Positions 55,977 to 64,000 of a stretch of DNA of 64,000 bases are shown piece after piece. The notes below the pieces were generated by a model that was not told the origin of the DNA, made no database searches, and was given only the letters and a program-made list of their open reading frames with translations. The stretch is taken from contig CAZFJK010000002.1 in NCBI GenBank assembly GCA_964519225.1, positions 1-64,000 of the forward strand, given 5' to 3'. The DNA comes from an uncultured Methanosarcinales archaeon (GTDB lineage Archaea; Nanobdellota; Nanobdellia; Woesearchaeales; B54-G15). The position numbers and the translations under genes are program-made. Positions within the stretch are counted from its first letter, which is position 1. Each line of letters opens with the position of its first letter.

Positions 55977-57389
55977 TTATCTCTTTCTCAAAAGCCTTTG
56001 CAAGTCCTTCAAATCAAAGCAATAAACAGGCTTACCTTCATAACTTTTTATTTTTTTACTAAAACTTTTTGCAAAAATTGCAAAACTTTCCTTTCTTTTT
56101 TTCTTATGCCAATCCACATAGCTTAGCTTCTCGTTTAATTCCTTAACAACCTTCTCAGCATTGACCCTGCCTTGCCATTTGCATTCGCATGCAAGAATTT
56201 CTTTGGTTTTCTCGTTGATAGCGAGAACGTCTATTTCATAAGTATTTTCTCCCTTTGGCTTTCCTTTAATTTTTCCCCACTGCTTGCCGACAGAATCGGC
56301 ATCAAAGAGTTTAAGTTCTTTAATTATTTCTGCACATATCAGTTCGAATCTTTTTCCTATGTATGATGAAATATTTTCTTTTGTCTTTTTTATAAACTCT
56401 GGATTCCTTTGTTTATAAAGAGACAAATTCTTGTAAAAATGCCTGAACCAAAAATTCATTAAAGAATTTTTTATGTACATTATTCTCTTGTTTCCGCAGA
56501 CCTGCTTTTCATACTCGACCATCTCAAAATATTCTACAAGCTCTTTTACGTATCTCGTTAGTTCAGTTTGCTTTACAGAAAGAAATGATGCGATTTTGGC
56601 TAATGTGTTTCTTCCCGAAGCAATAGCGACTAGAATATCGTAATATCTTCCTTTTCTTTTTCCGAACTCTAAAGCAAGGATTTTTTCGACTTCATCTTCA
56701 AATATTGCATTTTCTCTAAAGAAGAAAGATTCCATTATTTCTTCAAATCCTTTTCCAACGAGCCCTTCATCTTCTATTGCTACCCAATATAATGGAAAGC
56801 CACCGAATATAACATACAACTTAATTATATCTTCAAAATCTAATTTCAATAAATCACCCATTTCCATAATATCAAGCAATGATAGTGGTTTAAGATTTAG
56901 CTTTCTTTTTATTCTACCATACAAAGGCTCTCTGTTATCCTCAAACGTTCTTTTGATCAAGCCAATCAAAGAGCCACAGAACACGATTAACAAGTCTTTT
57001 CTCTCTTCATATCCGTCTATGAAATTCTGCAATGTTCCAAACACAGATGGATCTACATTAAAAAAATTCTGGAATTCATCGAAAACTACGATTCCTTTAT
57101 ACCTTTCAAATATTATTTTAAAGAAGTCATCCCAATTTCTTAATATCTCCAGTTCTGAAATTAATTTATTTTCCCTCAAAACCTCTTGAAAATCTCTTAG
57201 CAAGCCTATAGAGCTTTTGTTTTTATTAACAAAAAAATACAAAGATTTTCCTTTTGTAAATTCCTTGATCAATCTTGTTTTACCGACCCTCCTCAGTCCA
57301 AAAACAACTAAAGTAAACAGTTTTCTTTTACTAAGCTGTCTTGTATCTTCTAAATAAGTAAGTTCTTTTCTTCTATTTATGAATTTCAT
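55977..57389 (-). CDS. Archaeal ATPase (ATPase_2 / COG1672) with wHTH and C-terminal DUF234 PD-(D/E)xK domain
   Basis: FINRRKEL, GLRRVGKT, VFDEFQ, CGS, PLYGR, GGFP, EIDVL...ECKW. Confidence 0.92.
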   Translation of the reverse strand: MKFINRRKELTYLEDTRQLSKRKLFTLVVFGLRRVGKTRLIKEFTKGKSLYFFVNKNKSSIGLLRDFQEVLRENKLISELEILRNWDDFFKIIFERYKGIVVFDEFQNFFNVDPSVFGTLQNFIDGYEERKDLLIVFCGSLIGLIKRTFEDNREPLYGRIKRKLNLKPLSLLDIMEMGDLLKLDFEDIIKLYVIFGGFPLYWVAIEDEGLVGKGFEEIMESFFFRENAIFEDEVEKILALEFGKRKGRYYDILVAIASGRNTLAKIASFLSVKQTELTRYVKELVEYFEMVEYEKQVCGNKRIMYIKNSLMNFWFRHFYKNLSLYKQRNPEFIKKTKENISSYIGKRFELICAEIIKELKLFDADSVGKQWGKIKGKPKGENTYEIDVLAINEKTKEILACECKWQGRVNAEKVVKELNEKLSYVDWHKKKRKESFAIFAKSFSKKIKSYEGKPVYCFDLKDLQRLLRKR

Positions 57390-57392
57390 TTT

Positions 57393-57425
57393 TATACACC
57401 AATTGTATTATACAGTTGGTGTATA
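57393..57425. promoter_or_regulatory. 33-bp palindromic operator between the TATA box and start codon of the ATPase
   Basis: TATACACCAATTGTA-TTA-TACAGTTGGTGTATA (arms match 14/15), equivalent to two TATACA-N5-TGTAT units. Confidence 0.75.
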
Positions 57426-57469
57426 TATATAAACTTTTCGTTTCTTAAAAAAGATGCTTTGTTGCATGA

Positions 57470-57748
57470 TTAATACAACTTAAGACCTTTAGTATTTACT
57501 GTAAACACAAAATATTTTGCTTTATATTTCTTAAGAATATCTAACACTTTCTTTTGATCTCTAATCTTAACAATAAGAACTTCTTTTGAAAGTCTTAGAT
57601 GAGGCATCTTTTTTAGAACACCCTCTCTTTTATAGAAATATTTACCTTTATTTGAATGATCAGTATATCCAAATAAAGCTCTATTCACTAAAACTTTTTG
57701 ATAATGGTTGAGATTTGATAAATTATACACTATTAATTTTGCTTTCAT
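57470..57748 (-). CDS. Small basic hypothetical protein
   Basis: MKAKLIVYNL...RALFGY...YKREGVL; clean ORF between genes. Confidence 0.65.
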   Translation of the reverse strand: MKAKLIVYNLSNLNHYQKVLVNRALFGYTDHSNKGKYFYKREGVLKKMPHLRLSKEVLIVKIRDQKKVLDILKKYKAKYFVFTVNTKGLKLY

Positions 57749-57813
57749 AATTTTCATCACAAAAAAAGAATAAATTTTTTAAATTAGAGTTGGTTCGTTA
57801 TTGGGGTCGATGG

Positions 57814-57865
57814 ATAAACTGGCAAATTTGCTGGTTTATGCCGGAGACAGCAAATAGCTGTCTCC
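57814..57865 (+). promoter_or_regulatory. Twin-hairpin 5' leader of rps15 (candidate ribosomal-protein leader)
   Basis: ATAAACTGGC-AAATTT-GCTGGTTTAT and GGAGACAGC-AAATA-GCTGTCTCC upstream of SD AGGTGA. Confidence 0.55.
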
Positions 57866-57891
57866 TTCTAAGTTTGAGTAGGTGAAGAAAA

Positions 57892-58344
57892 ATGGCAAGA
57901 ATGCATTCAAGGAAAAAAGGAAAAAGCGGTTCAAAAAGACCAGTGCGAAAAGGAGAACCTTCATGGTTACGTTATTCAAAGCAAGAAGTGGAAATGTTGA
58001 TTGTAAAACTTGCGAAAGAAGGTAATCCACCATCTAAAATAGGGCTTTTATTAAGAGATATCTATGGGATTCCTGATGTTAAAGCAATAATTGGAAAAAG
58101 GCTAACAGCGTTTTTAGCAGAGAAAGGACTAGCACAAAAAATTCCTGAAGATTTGCTCGCTTTAATTAAAAAGAGTTTAGCAATAAGAAAGCATTTAGAA
58201 AAACACAAAAAGGATCGGACAGCAAAGAGAGGATTGATTCTTACAGATAGTAAGATTTTTAGATTGTCAAAATACTATAAGCGTGTTGGGAAACTTCCAG
58301 CTAATTGGAAGTATGAGCCGGATAAACCTCGCCTTTATATATAA
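57892..58344 (+). CDS. rps15: 30S ribosomal protein uS15 (archaeal S15/S13e)
   Basis: MARMHSRKKGKSGS, IGLLLRDIYGIPDV, IPEDL, RLSKYYK. Confidence 0.98.
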   Translation: MARMHSRKKGKSGSKRPVRKGEPSWLRYSKQEVEMLIVKLAKEGNPPSKIGLLLRDIYGIPDVKAIIGKRLTAFLAEKGLAQKIPEDLLALIKKSLAIRKHLEKHKKDRTAKRGLILTDSKIFRLSKYYKRVGKLPANWKYEPDKPRLYI

Positions 58345-58345
58345 A

Positions 58346-59737
58346 ATGGGCTACGAATCTTTTTTTTCTTTAGTGAAAGAAAGCGCCAATTTTTTTCTTT
58401 CTTGGGATAAAGAAAAACCTATCCGGGTTGTTTCACACTACGATGCAGATGGCATTTCTTCAGCTGCAATACTTTCTTTTTTGCTTGAACATTTGAATAG
58501 AAAATATGTTCTGACTATAGTTAATCAACTCACCAAACCAAAGTTAGAAGAGCTTAAGAACGAACCTTACGACTATTTTATTTTTGCAGACCTTGGCTCA
58601 AGTTTAATTAAGGACGTTGGAAACTTATTTGACAGATCAAAACAGGTAATCGTTCTTGATCACCACCAAACAGAAAAAGAGGTTCATTTTGAAAATGTTA
58701 TGCACGTAAATCCTCTTTTATGTGATGTTGGTGAGGACGAAATTAGTGGGAGCGGGGTAAGTTTTTTCTTTGCTAAAGAAATAGATGGTTGTGTGAATAA
58801 ATTTGCCCATCTTGCTTTGGTTGGTATGCTTGGGGATTTACAGGACAGTTCAATAGGGTCTTTAAATGGTTTGGTTGTAGATGCTGCTAAGAAGAGTGGC
58901 AGGGTGGTAGTAAAAAAGGGATTGAAGTTATTTGGTGCTCAAACAAAGCCGTTGCATAAATTGCTTGAACGAAGCACAAACCCTTACATACCTAAGGTAA
59001 CTGGAAGTGAAAGCGGAGCGATACAATTTCTTCTTGAGTTGGGGATAAATCCAAAAAATGAAAAAGGATGGAAACGCTTAGTAGATTTATCGCAAGAAGA
59101 GCTTCAGAAATTAATCGCGGGCATCGTTATAAAGCGAAGTTCTGAAGAAAATCCTGAAGATGTTATTGGTGATATTTTTATTTTAGAGGATGCTCCTGTG
59201 GGAAGCCCGTTTAGAGACCTTAGGGAATTTGCAACACTTTTAAATGCATGCGGAAAAATGAACAAAGGTTATATCGGCGTATGCGCTTGTTTAGGATATG
59301 AAAAATATAAAAAAGAAGCGCTTTCTGTTTTAGAAGCTTATCGTCGAGAATTAGTCAGTTCTTTAAAATGGGTTGAAAATAATTTTGAACTAGGAAAGGC
59401 CGATGGTTCTTTTGTTATAGACGGCGGCGATAATATTTCTTCGAATCTTATTGGTGTGGTTGTTTCTATAATATCCAAGTCGGTATTGAAAGACTGTTTT
59501 GTTTTAGGCTTAGCAAATACCGATGATGGAATGGTTAAAGTAAGTATAAGGGGGCCAGGGGATCATAGTGCAAATTTGAAAGAACTCTTGCTGAGAGCAG
59601 TAAATCTCGTTGGCGGCGGTGAAGTTGGTGGGCATGAAAATGCTGCAGGAGCATTAATTAATATTGAACAGAAAGAACGGTTTATTGAAATAATGGATGG
59701 GTTGCTTAGAAAAACAGCAATGGAAGAAAAGATCTGA
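58346..59737 (+). CDS. DHH-family RecJ/GAN (Cdc45-like) nuclease
   Basis: HYDADG, ADLGS, LDHH, ISGSG, GGH..AAG (DHHA1); follows rps15 as in many Euryarchaeota. Confidence 0.9.
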   Translation: MGYESFFSLVKESANFFLSWDKEKPIRVVSHYDADGISSAAILSFLLEHLNRKYVLTIVNQLTKPKLEELKNEPYDYFIFADLGSSLIKDVGNLFDRSKQVIVLDHHQTEKEVHFENVMHVNPLLCDVGEDEISGSGVSFFFAKEIDGCVNKFAHLALVGMLGDLQDSSIGSLNGLVVDAAKKSGRVVVKKGLKLFGAQTKPLHKLLERSTNPYIPKVTGSESGAIQFLLELGINPKNEKGWKRLVDLSQEELQKLIAGIVIKRSSEENPEDVIGDIFILEDAPVGSPFRDLREFATLLNACGKMNKGYIGVCACLGYEKYKKEALSVLEAYRRELVSSLKWVENNFELGKADGSFVIDGGDNISSNLIGVVVSIISKSVLKDCFVLGLANTDDGMVKVSIRGPGDHSANLKELLLRAVNLVGGGEVGGHENAAGALINIEQKERFIEIMDGLLRKTAMEEKI

Positions 59738-59774
59738 GTGGGATAAAAATTAAAAAAAATAAAATTAGAAAAGT

Positions 59775-60353
59775 TTATTCTGTTGTGCTTTCAGTAGTGC
59801 CGGTTTCTTCGGCTGTTTCTTCGGTCGTTTCTTCTTTCGTTGGTGCGTACTCTTCACAATTAAATCTGTATTTGTGACGCTCTCCATTTACTTTCACTAC
59901 AATGAAAATTCTTGGAGTTACCCGATTGTTTCCGTTTAGGTTTATGCATTTGGTGCTTTCTCCTGGTGCCAATTCAATTTTTTCACAGCCAGGGTTGTCA
60001 ACTGGGTATTTGCCGAAATAATCTATTTTAATATCATCACCAATAGTAAGGCTTTTGTCGTAAATGTTAGTTAATGTTGCCTCAATAACTCCCTTTGTTT
60101 CATCACACACAAAATCTGATAATAGTTCTGTTGGGGTTTCTGCTGTTGTTTCCTCAGGCATTTCAGTCTCTGCTGGAGTTTCTGTCTCTGGCGTTTCTGG
60201 CGCTGGTGTTGTTGGTTCTTCTGTTGGTACTTCTGGAGTTTCTGTTTCTGGCATTTCTGTCTCTGGCGCTGTTATTTCTTCAGCTGATTTACAACCGAAT
60301 AAAAGCACACCAGCTAATGCAAGAATACTCAAAATCAAAACCTCTTTTTTCAT
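59775..60353 (-). CDS. Lipoprotein with Glu/Thr/Pro-rich linker
   Basis: LLFGC lipobox; PETEMPETETPE repeats; four-Cys globular domain. Confidence 0.78.
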   Translation of the reverse strand: MKKEVLILSILALAGVLLFGCKSAEEITAPETEMPETETPEVPTEEPTTPAPETPETETPAETEMPEETTAETPTELLSDFVCDETKGVIEATLTNIYDKSLTIGDDIKIDYFGKYPVDNPGCEKIELAPGESTKCINLNGNNRVTPRIFIVVKVNGERHKYRFNCEEYAPTKEETTEETAEETGTTESTTE

Positions 60354-60414
60354 TTTCCTTTCACCTACATTGGGAAAATATTAAACTTATTTATAAAATT
60401 TTAGTAAATTCTTC

Positions 60415-61710
60415 CTAAAGATGCATGGAGATTTCGCCTCTGAGGTCATAAGGAGTTACATTAACAATTTTAACTTCAATTAATCTACCTAAAGACTTTA
60501 CTGGATTTGGTTCTCTATGATTTTTAATTACAATCGGTTTATATGCAAAGTTTCTTCCTGTTAGGCTACTGTTTTTCCCTATTTCATCAATTAACACTTT
60601 TCCTTGCCATCCGATCCATCTTTCGTTTTGCATTCTTGCAATATTCGTATGCAAAGCCGTTAGAAGCGAACTTCTTCTCTTTGTTTCATTGCCATGGATT
60701 TGATTGGGCATTTTTGCTGCTTCTGTTTCTGGTCTTGGCCAGAATCTACTTATGTTGAGAACATCTGGTTTTGTTTCTTTAATTAGTTCTACTGTTTGGT
60801 TAAATTCTTCCTCTGTTTCGCTTGGAAAGCCGCAGATTATGTCTGTTGCTATTGTAATACTTTGAATTTCTTTTCTGAAAGCAAAAACAATCTTTTTGAA
60901 ATCTTCGGCTGTGTATTTTCTATTCATCAAATGAAGAATTCGGTCGCATCCGCTTTGTACAGGAATGTGAAGGAATTTGAATATTTTTGGGCTTTTGAAT
61001 ACGTCTATTAACTCGTCGAGATATTTTAAAACGTGATTTGGATTTGCCATTCCAATCCTGATAAAGAAATTATCTTTTAGAGAAATTATTCTTTTTAATA
61101 GCTCTGGTAAAGAACTATTTTTGTCTAACCCATAACAACCAGTATCTTGTGATGTAAGCCAGATTTCTTTTGCTCCTGTATTGAGCTCATGTTTTATAGT
61201 AGCGATGATATCTTCTATCGGATAAGAGTAAAGATCTCCTCTCGCTAGCTTTACATGGCAATAACTACAATTTCCTGTGCAGCCAGAGGCTATCGGAACT
61301 ATGCCTATCACAGGACTGAATCTTAAAGAAGGAATTTTTAGTTTGTTTATCTGCTCGTCTGCTAGGTATTCAACTATGTTTCCTTCAAGCGTTTCCTCGA
61401 CTGCAGAAACTATTTGATGTATCTGATCAGGACTGATTTGTGAATAGCCAAGAAACAAACTTGGGTTTGCCTTTGGTATGCATCCTGCAACAATGATTTT
61501 CTTTTTTGATTCTTCTAATTGTTTGACGTACTTTATTGCTTTTTTTTCAGCGAGATTTTTTACAGTGCATGTATTTACTATTATGAGTTCTGCTTTTTCT
61601 GGCGAATCTACTATGCTGAATCCTGCATTTTTCAGCAAATAAGCCATTCTCTCGCTATCTGCTTTGTTCAGAGCGCATCCAAAAGTTTTGATGTGTATTG
61701 CGTTTTGCAT
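60415..61710 (-). CDS. Radical-SAM tRNA methylthiotransferase (archaeal e-MtaB/MiaB-like)
   Basis: TFGCALN, NTCTVK, AGC, CTGNCSYC, HIPVQSG, TDIICGFPSET, C-terminal TRAM. Confidence 0.92.
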   Translation of the reverse strand: MQNAIHIKTFGCALNKADSERMAYLLKNAGFSIVDSPEKAELIIVNTCTVKNLAEKKAIKYVKQLEESKKKIIVAGCIPKANPSLFLGYSQISPDQIHQIVSAVEETLEGNIVEYLADEQINKLKIPSLRFSPVIGIVPIASGCTGNCSYCHVKLARGDLYSYPIEDIIATIKHELNTGAKEIWLTSQDTGCYGLDKNSSLPELLKRIISLKDNFFIRIGMANPNHVLKYLDELIDVFKSPKIFKFLHIPVQSGCDRILHLMNRKYTAEDFKKIVFAFRKEIQSITIATDIICGFPSETEEEFNQTVELIKETKPDVLNISRFWPRPETEAAKMPNQIHGNETKRRSSLLTALHTNIARMQNERWIGWQGKVLIDEIGKNSSLTGRNFAYKPIVIKNHREPNPVKSLGRLIEVKIVNVTPYDLRGEISMHL

Positions 61711-61863
61711 TTTGTTTTTACTGGTTACTCATTTTACTTTTTCATAAAAAAGTAGTCTAGTATACAAATTTTATCTGTTTAGGAGAGTTAAATTTTTAAA
61801 ATTTAATTGTGACAGTTTCAATGAAGGGCGGCATGTGAGGGGTGGTCTTTTACCTCTTGCTTT

Positions 61864-62568
61864 TTAATATTTTCCTTGCATTTGCTTCTGCCCTTCTTTT
61901 TTGATTACTAACAAAACTTCATTGTCTAATTCGTGTATTAGTATTTTATATCGGTTTTTCTCTTCGGTAGCTTGGATTAAAGAGTTTGCAATTCTATAGG
62001 CATGGTAATCAAAAAATGTTGCGCAATAAAAAATTCCGTCGCCTTTGAAAAAGTCGAGCCAAAAAGGAAATAATTTTTTGAAGTTATGGTCATCATAGTT
62101 ATAGAAAATAAAGTTTCCAAAGCTTTTCGAAGAAAAAATAAGGTGTTGGTATATCGCTGGGTCAAGATAATCTCCTCTTACGAGTATTAATCGCGGGTCA
62201 TCTTTGAAATTTTTTGCGAGATACTCTTTTGATAGCCTATAAAGTTCTTGGTCATATTCGATTCCAATCACTTTTCCAATACCATATGCTAATGCAAATG
62301 CAAGCACAAGCCCTGAGCCAGAACCAAAATCAAGAAAGACAAGGTTCTCTAAACTTTGTCCTTCTTTTTTAACATGCTCTTTTATATCTTCGAACATAAA
62401 TGCTAACACAGAGGTTGTGCTTTGTCCGAAGATTCCTTTCTTTGTTGCTTTAACTATATGGGGAAACCTCTCCCAAGTTTTTTTTATCTCCCGCAGTAAT
62501 TTGCCGAGCCCTTTTATTTCACAAGTCGGCAAAATCTGCATATCGCTTCTTTCGTAGGTTCGCCGCAT
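61864..62568 (-). CDS. Class I SAM-dependent methyltransferase (start uncertain)
   Basis: FLDFGSGSG, IGIEYD, RGDY. Confidence 0.75.
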   Translation of the reverse strand: MRRTYERSDMQILPTCEIKGLGKLLREIKKTWERFPHIVKATKKGIFGQSTTSVLAFMFEDIKEHVKKEGQSLENLVFLDFGSGSGLVLAFALAYGIGKVIGIEYDQELYRLSKEYLAKNFKDDPRLILVRGDYLDPAIYQHLIFSSKSFGNFIFYNYDDHNFKKLFPFWLDFFKGDGIFYCATFFDYHAYRIANSLIQATEEKNRYKILIHELDNEVLLVIKKEGQKQMQGKY

Positions 62569-63434
62569 TTTTCACATGCAATTGGTTTTGTTAAACCAGT
62601 TTGAAGCTGCTCGCTTATTTTTACTATGCCCTTAATAAAATGAAGTCTGAAGTTTTTGTTCCATTTTTCGATTTCATAGATTTCTTTAAACCATCTTTCT
62701 CTTGTTATGTCGATCATCTTTCGTTTAAGAAAAGGGCAGGTGTAATCTTTAAGATATGGAATGTTATTTAGCTCGCAAAATAGTTTATTTTCATTCCCGC
62801 CGACTTCAAATAAGGGCCTGATTCTTGCAAGCTGCTTTGGATGTGTGCTTGGTAACATTGGCATGAATTTTGCTGCCCATTCTGGCTGTTGTGAAAGGAG
62901 ATCTTTAATAAAGAAAACTATAAAGTCGTCCATATGGTGGCCTGTAGCAACTTTGTTGAAGCCAAGTTCTCTTGGAATTTTGTTCATTAAATATCTCTTG
63001 ATTGTGGCGCATATTGAACAAACGTTCTTCGCTTTGACCTTTTTTGCTATCTCTAATGGTGTTGTGTTGAATTCTTTTTGAAAATCCGTCACATAAAGCT
63101 TAATGTTGCTGTTGCTGTTTTTGATTTGCTTTTTGATTAGCTCGTGTATCGGTTTAAAATCTTCAGAGAGAAGTATGTGGTAGGCTGAAACAGTAGCTCT
63201 TATACCTTCTGTTTCTATGAATTTTTGTAATTTTAGCAAGGCTGAGATGCTGTCTTTTCCACCGCTTAAAGCAACAGCTATCCTGTCATGCTTTTGAACA
63301 AGTTTGAATTTTTTGATAATTCTAAAGATCTTTCTTTCATAGATGCGCAGAAAACAATCTTGACAGAGCTGCATCGAAAATTCTGAGTAAAGTTCTTCTT
63401 TTGGTTTTTTTAGCTTACATGATTGACAGCGCAT
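62514..63434 (-). CDS. TtuA/NcsA/Ctu1-family PP-loop tRNA thiolation protein
   Basis: N- and C-terminal CxxC zinc fingers, SGGKDS, CSIC, ATGHHMDD, RIRPL, CP. Confidence 0.88.
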   Translation of the reverse strand: MRCQSCKLKKPKEELYSEFSMQLCQDCFLRIYERKIFRIIKKFKLVQKHDRIAVALSGGKDSISALLKLQKFIETEGIRATVSAYHILLSEDFKPIHELIKKQIKNSNSNIKLYVTDFQKEFNTTPLEIAKKVKAKNVCSICATIKRYLMNKIPRELGFNKVATGHHMDDFIVFFIKDLLSQQPEWAAKFMPMLPSTHPKQLARIRPLFEVGGNENKLFCELNNIPYLKDYTCPFLKRKMIDITRERWFKEIYEIEKWNKNFRLHFIKGIVKISEQLQTGLTKPIACEKCGEPTKEAICRFCRLVK

Positions 63435-63493
63435 TTTTTTTCTGGTTGAAACAGATATCTTTATTAAATCTTTTTTCCTTTGTGGAAGAAAAA

Positions 63494-63643
63494 ATGGATC
63501 TATCTGTGAAGATTGTTGAAAAAGAGCTTAGATGTGTAATCTGTGGAAAAAGAATTAAGGCTTTTGTTAGGGCCGATGCTGAAGATAAATTTATTTGCCA
63601 GCAATGCGGGAAAAAATGGCACGGCGATATAAAAGAAAATTAA
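63494..63643 (+). CDS. Small zinc-finger protein (49 aa)
   Basis: CVIC...CQQC; start at MDLSV. Confidence 0.6.
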   Translation: MDLSVKIVEKELRCVICGKRIKAFVRADAEDKFICQQCGKKWHGDIKEN

Positions 63644-63951
63644 GTGAATTTACACTGGAAGTGCTTGAGCTTGTGAAAAAGATTCCTCGAGGCAGGGTCT
63701 CGACTTATAAAGAAATTGGAAAAGCTCTTGGCAGGCGCGGCCAGATTTATAGGGCAGTTGGAAGAGCGCTCAAAGAAAACCCCTGTCCAGTTAAAATACC
63801 ATGTCATAGAGTTGTTTGCAGCGATGGTAGCCTTGGCGGTTATAGTGGAAAAGGAGGTATAAAGAGAAAAATTAAGCTACTAGAAAGTGAAGGAATTAAA
63901 ATTAAAAAAGGAAGAATAATTGAGTTCTCAAAAAAGATTTTTAGGTTTTAA
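63616..63951 (+). CDS. ogt: O6-methylguanine-DNA methyltransferase, C-terminal domain only
   Basis: IPRGRVSTY, RAVGRAL..NP, PCHRVV with active Cys, LGGYSG. Confidence 0.9.
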   Translation: MARRYKRKLSEFTLEVLELVKKIPRGRVSTYKEIGKALGRRGQIYRAVGRALKENPCPVKIPCHRVVCSDGSLGGYSGKGGIKRKIKLLESEGIKIKKGRIIEFSKKIFRF

Positions 63952-64000
63952 ATTTAATGGATTGTGCCTGTCCCTTCTTTCTATTGTATTCGCATATATA

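Noticed and set aside
60064..60418. Plus-strand Val/Ser/Gly-rich and Leu-rich ORFs
   Set aside because: Antisense shadows of the low-complexity PETE linker in the lipoprotein gene.
63616..63951. Alkyltransferase-like (ATL) protein
   Set aside because: The active-site motif is PCHRV with Cys rather than PWHRV, so it is a short true methyltransferase.

Overview
AT-rich archaeal chromosome segment from a scaffolded assembly (N gaps at 15904-15913, 20488-20587, 35694-35793). The gene content (archaeal uS15, Taw3, Dph5, FtsZ2-like, ATP-dependent ligase, Nre, XPD, archaeal GAPDH, class III signal-peptide proteins, large Cys-rich surface proteins) suggests a DPANN archaeon, most likely Woesearchaeota-like; that assignment is inference. 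Most of the window is housekeeping, DNA-repair and tRNA-modification genes plus two tRNAs. The notable parts are: (1) a 14-kb six-gene surface operon that looks like a duplicated [pilin-type leader protein + giant Ig/Cys-rich protein] module; (2) two solo P-loop ATPase genes, each bracketed by copies of its own repeat or operator, one by a 45-bp palindrome-bearing direct repeat; (3) tRNA-Gln with a 49-nt BHB intron in the T-loop at 59/60; (4) a recurring intergenic motif ACCACCCC(T/C)(C/A)AC..CCG(G)CCC downstream of three unrelated genes; (5) an intact CooS/CooC/CooT Ni-CODH locus with a hairpin that covers the cooT SD; (6) a twin-hairpin rps15 leader; (7) probable bacterial acquisitions (kinase-TM-TPR, PanD). 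No CRISPR array, rRNA, integrase, transposase or reverse transcriptase was recognised. All calls come from motif reading by eye; no database searches were run.
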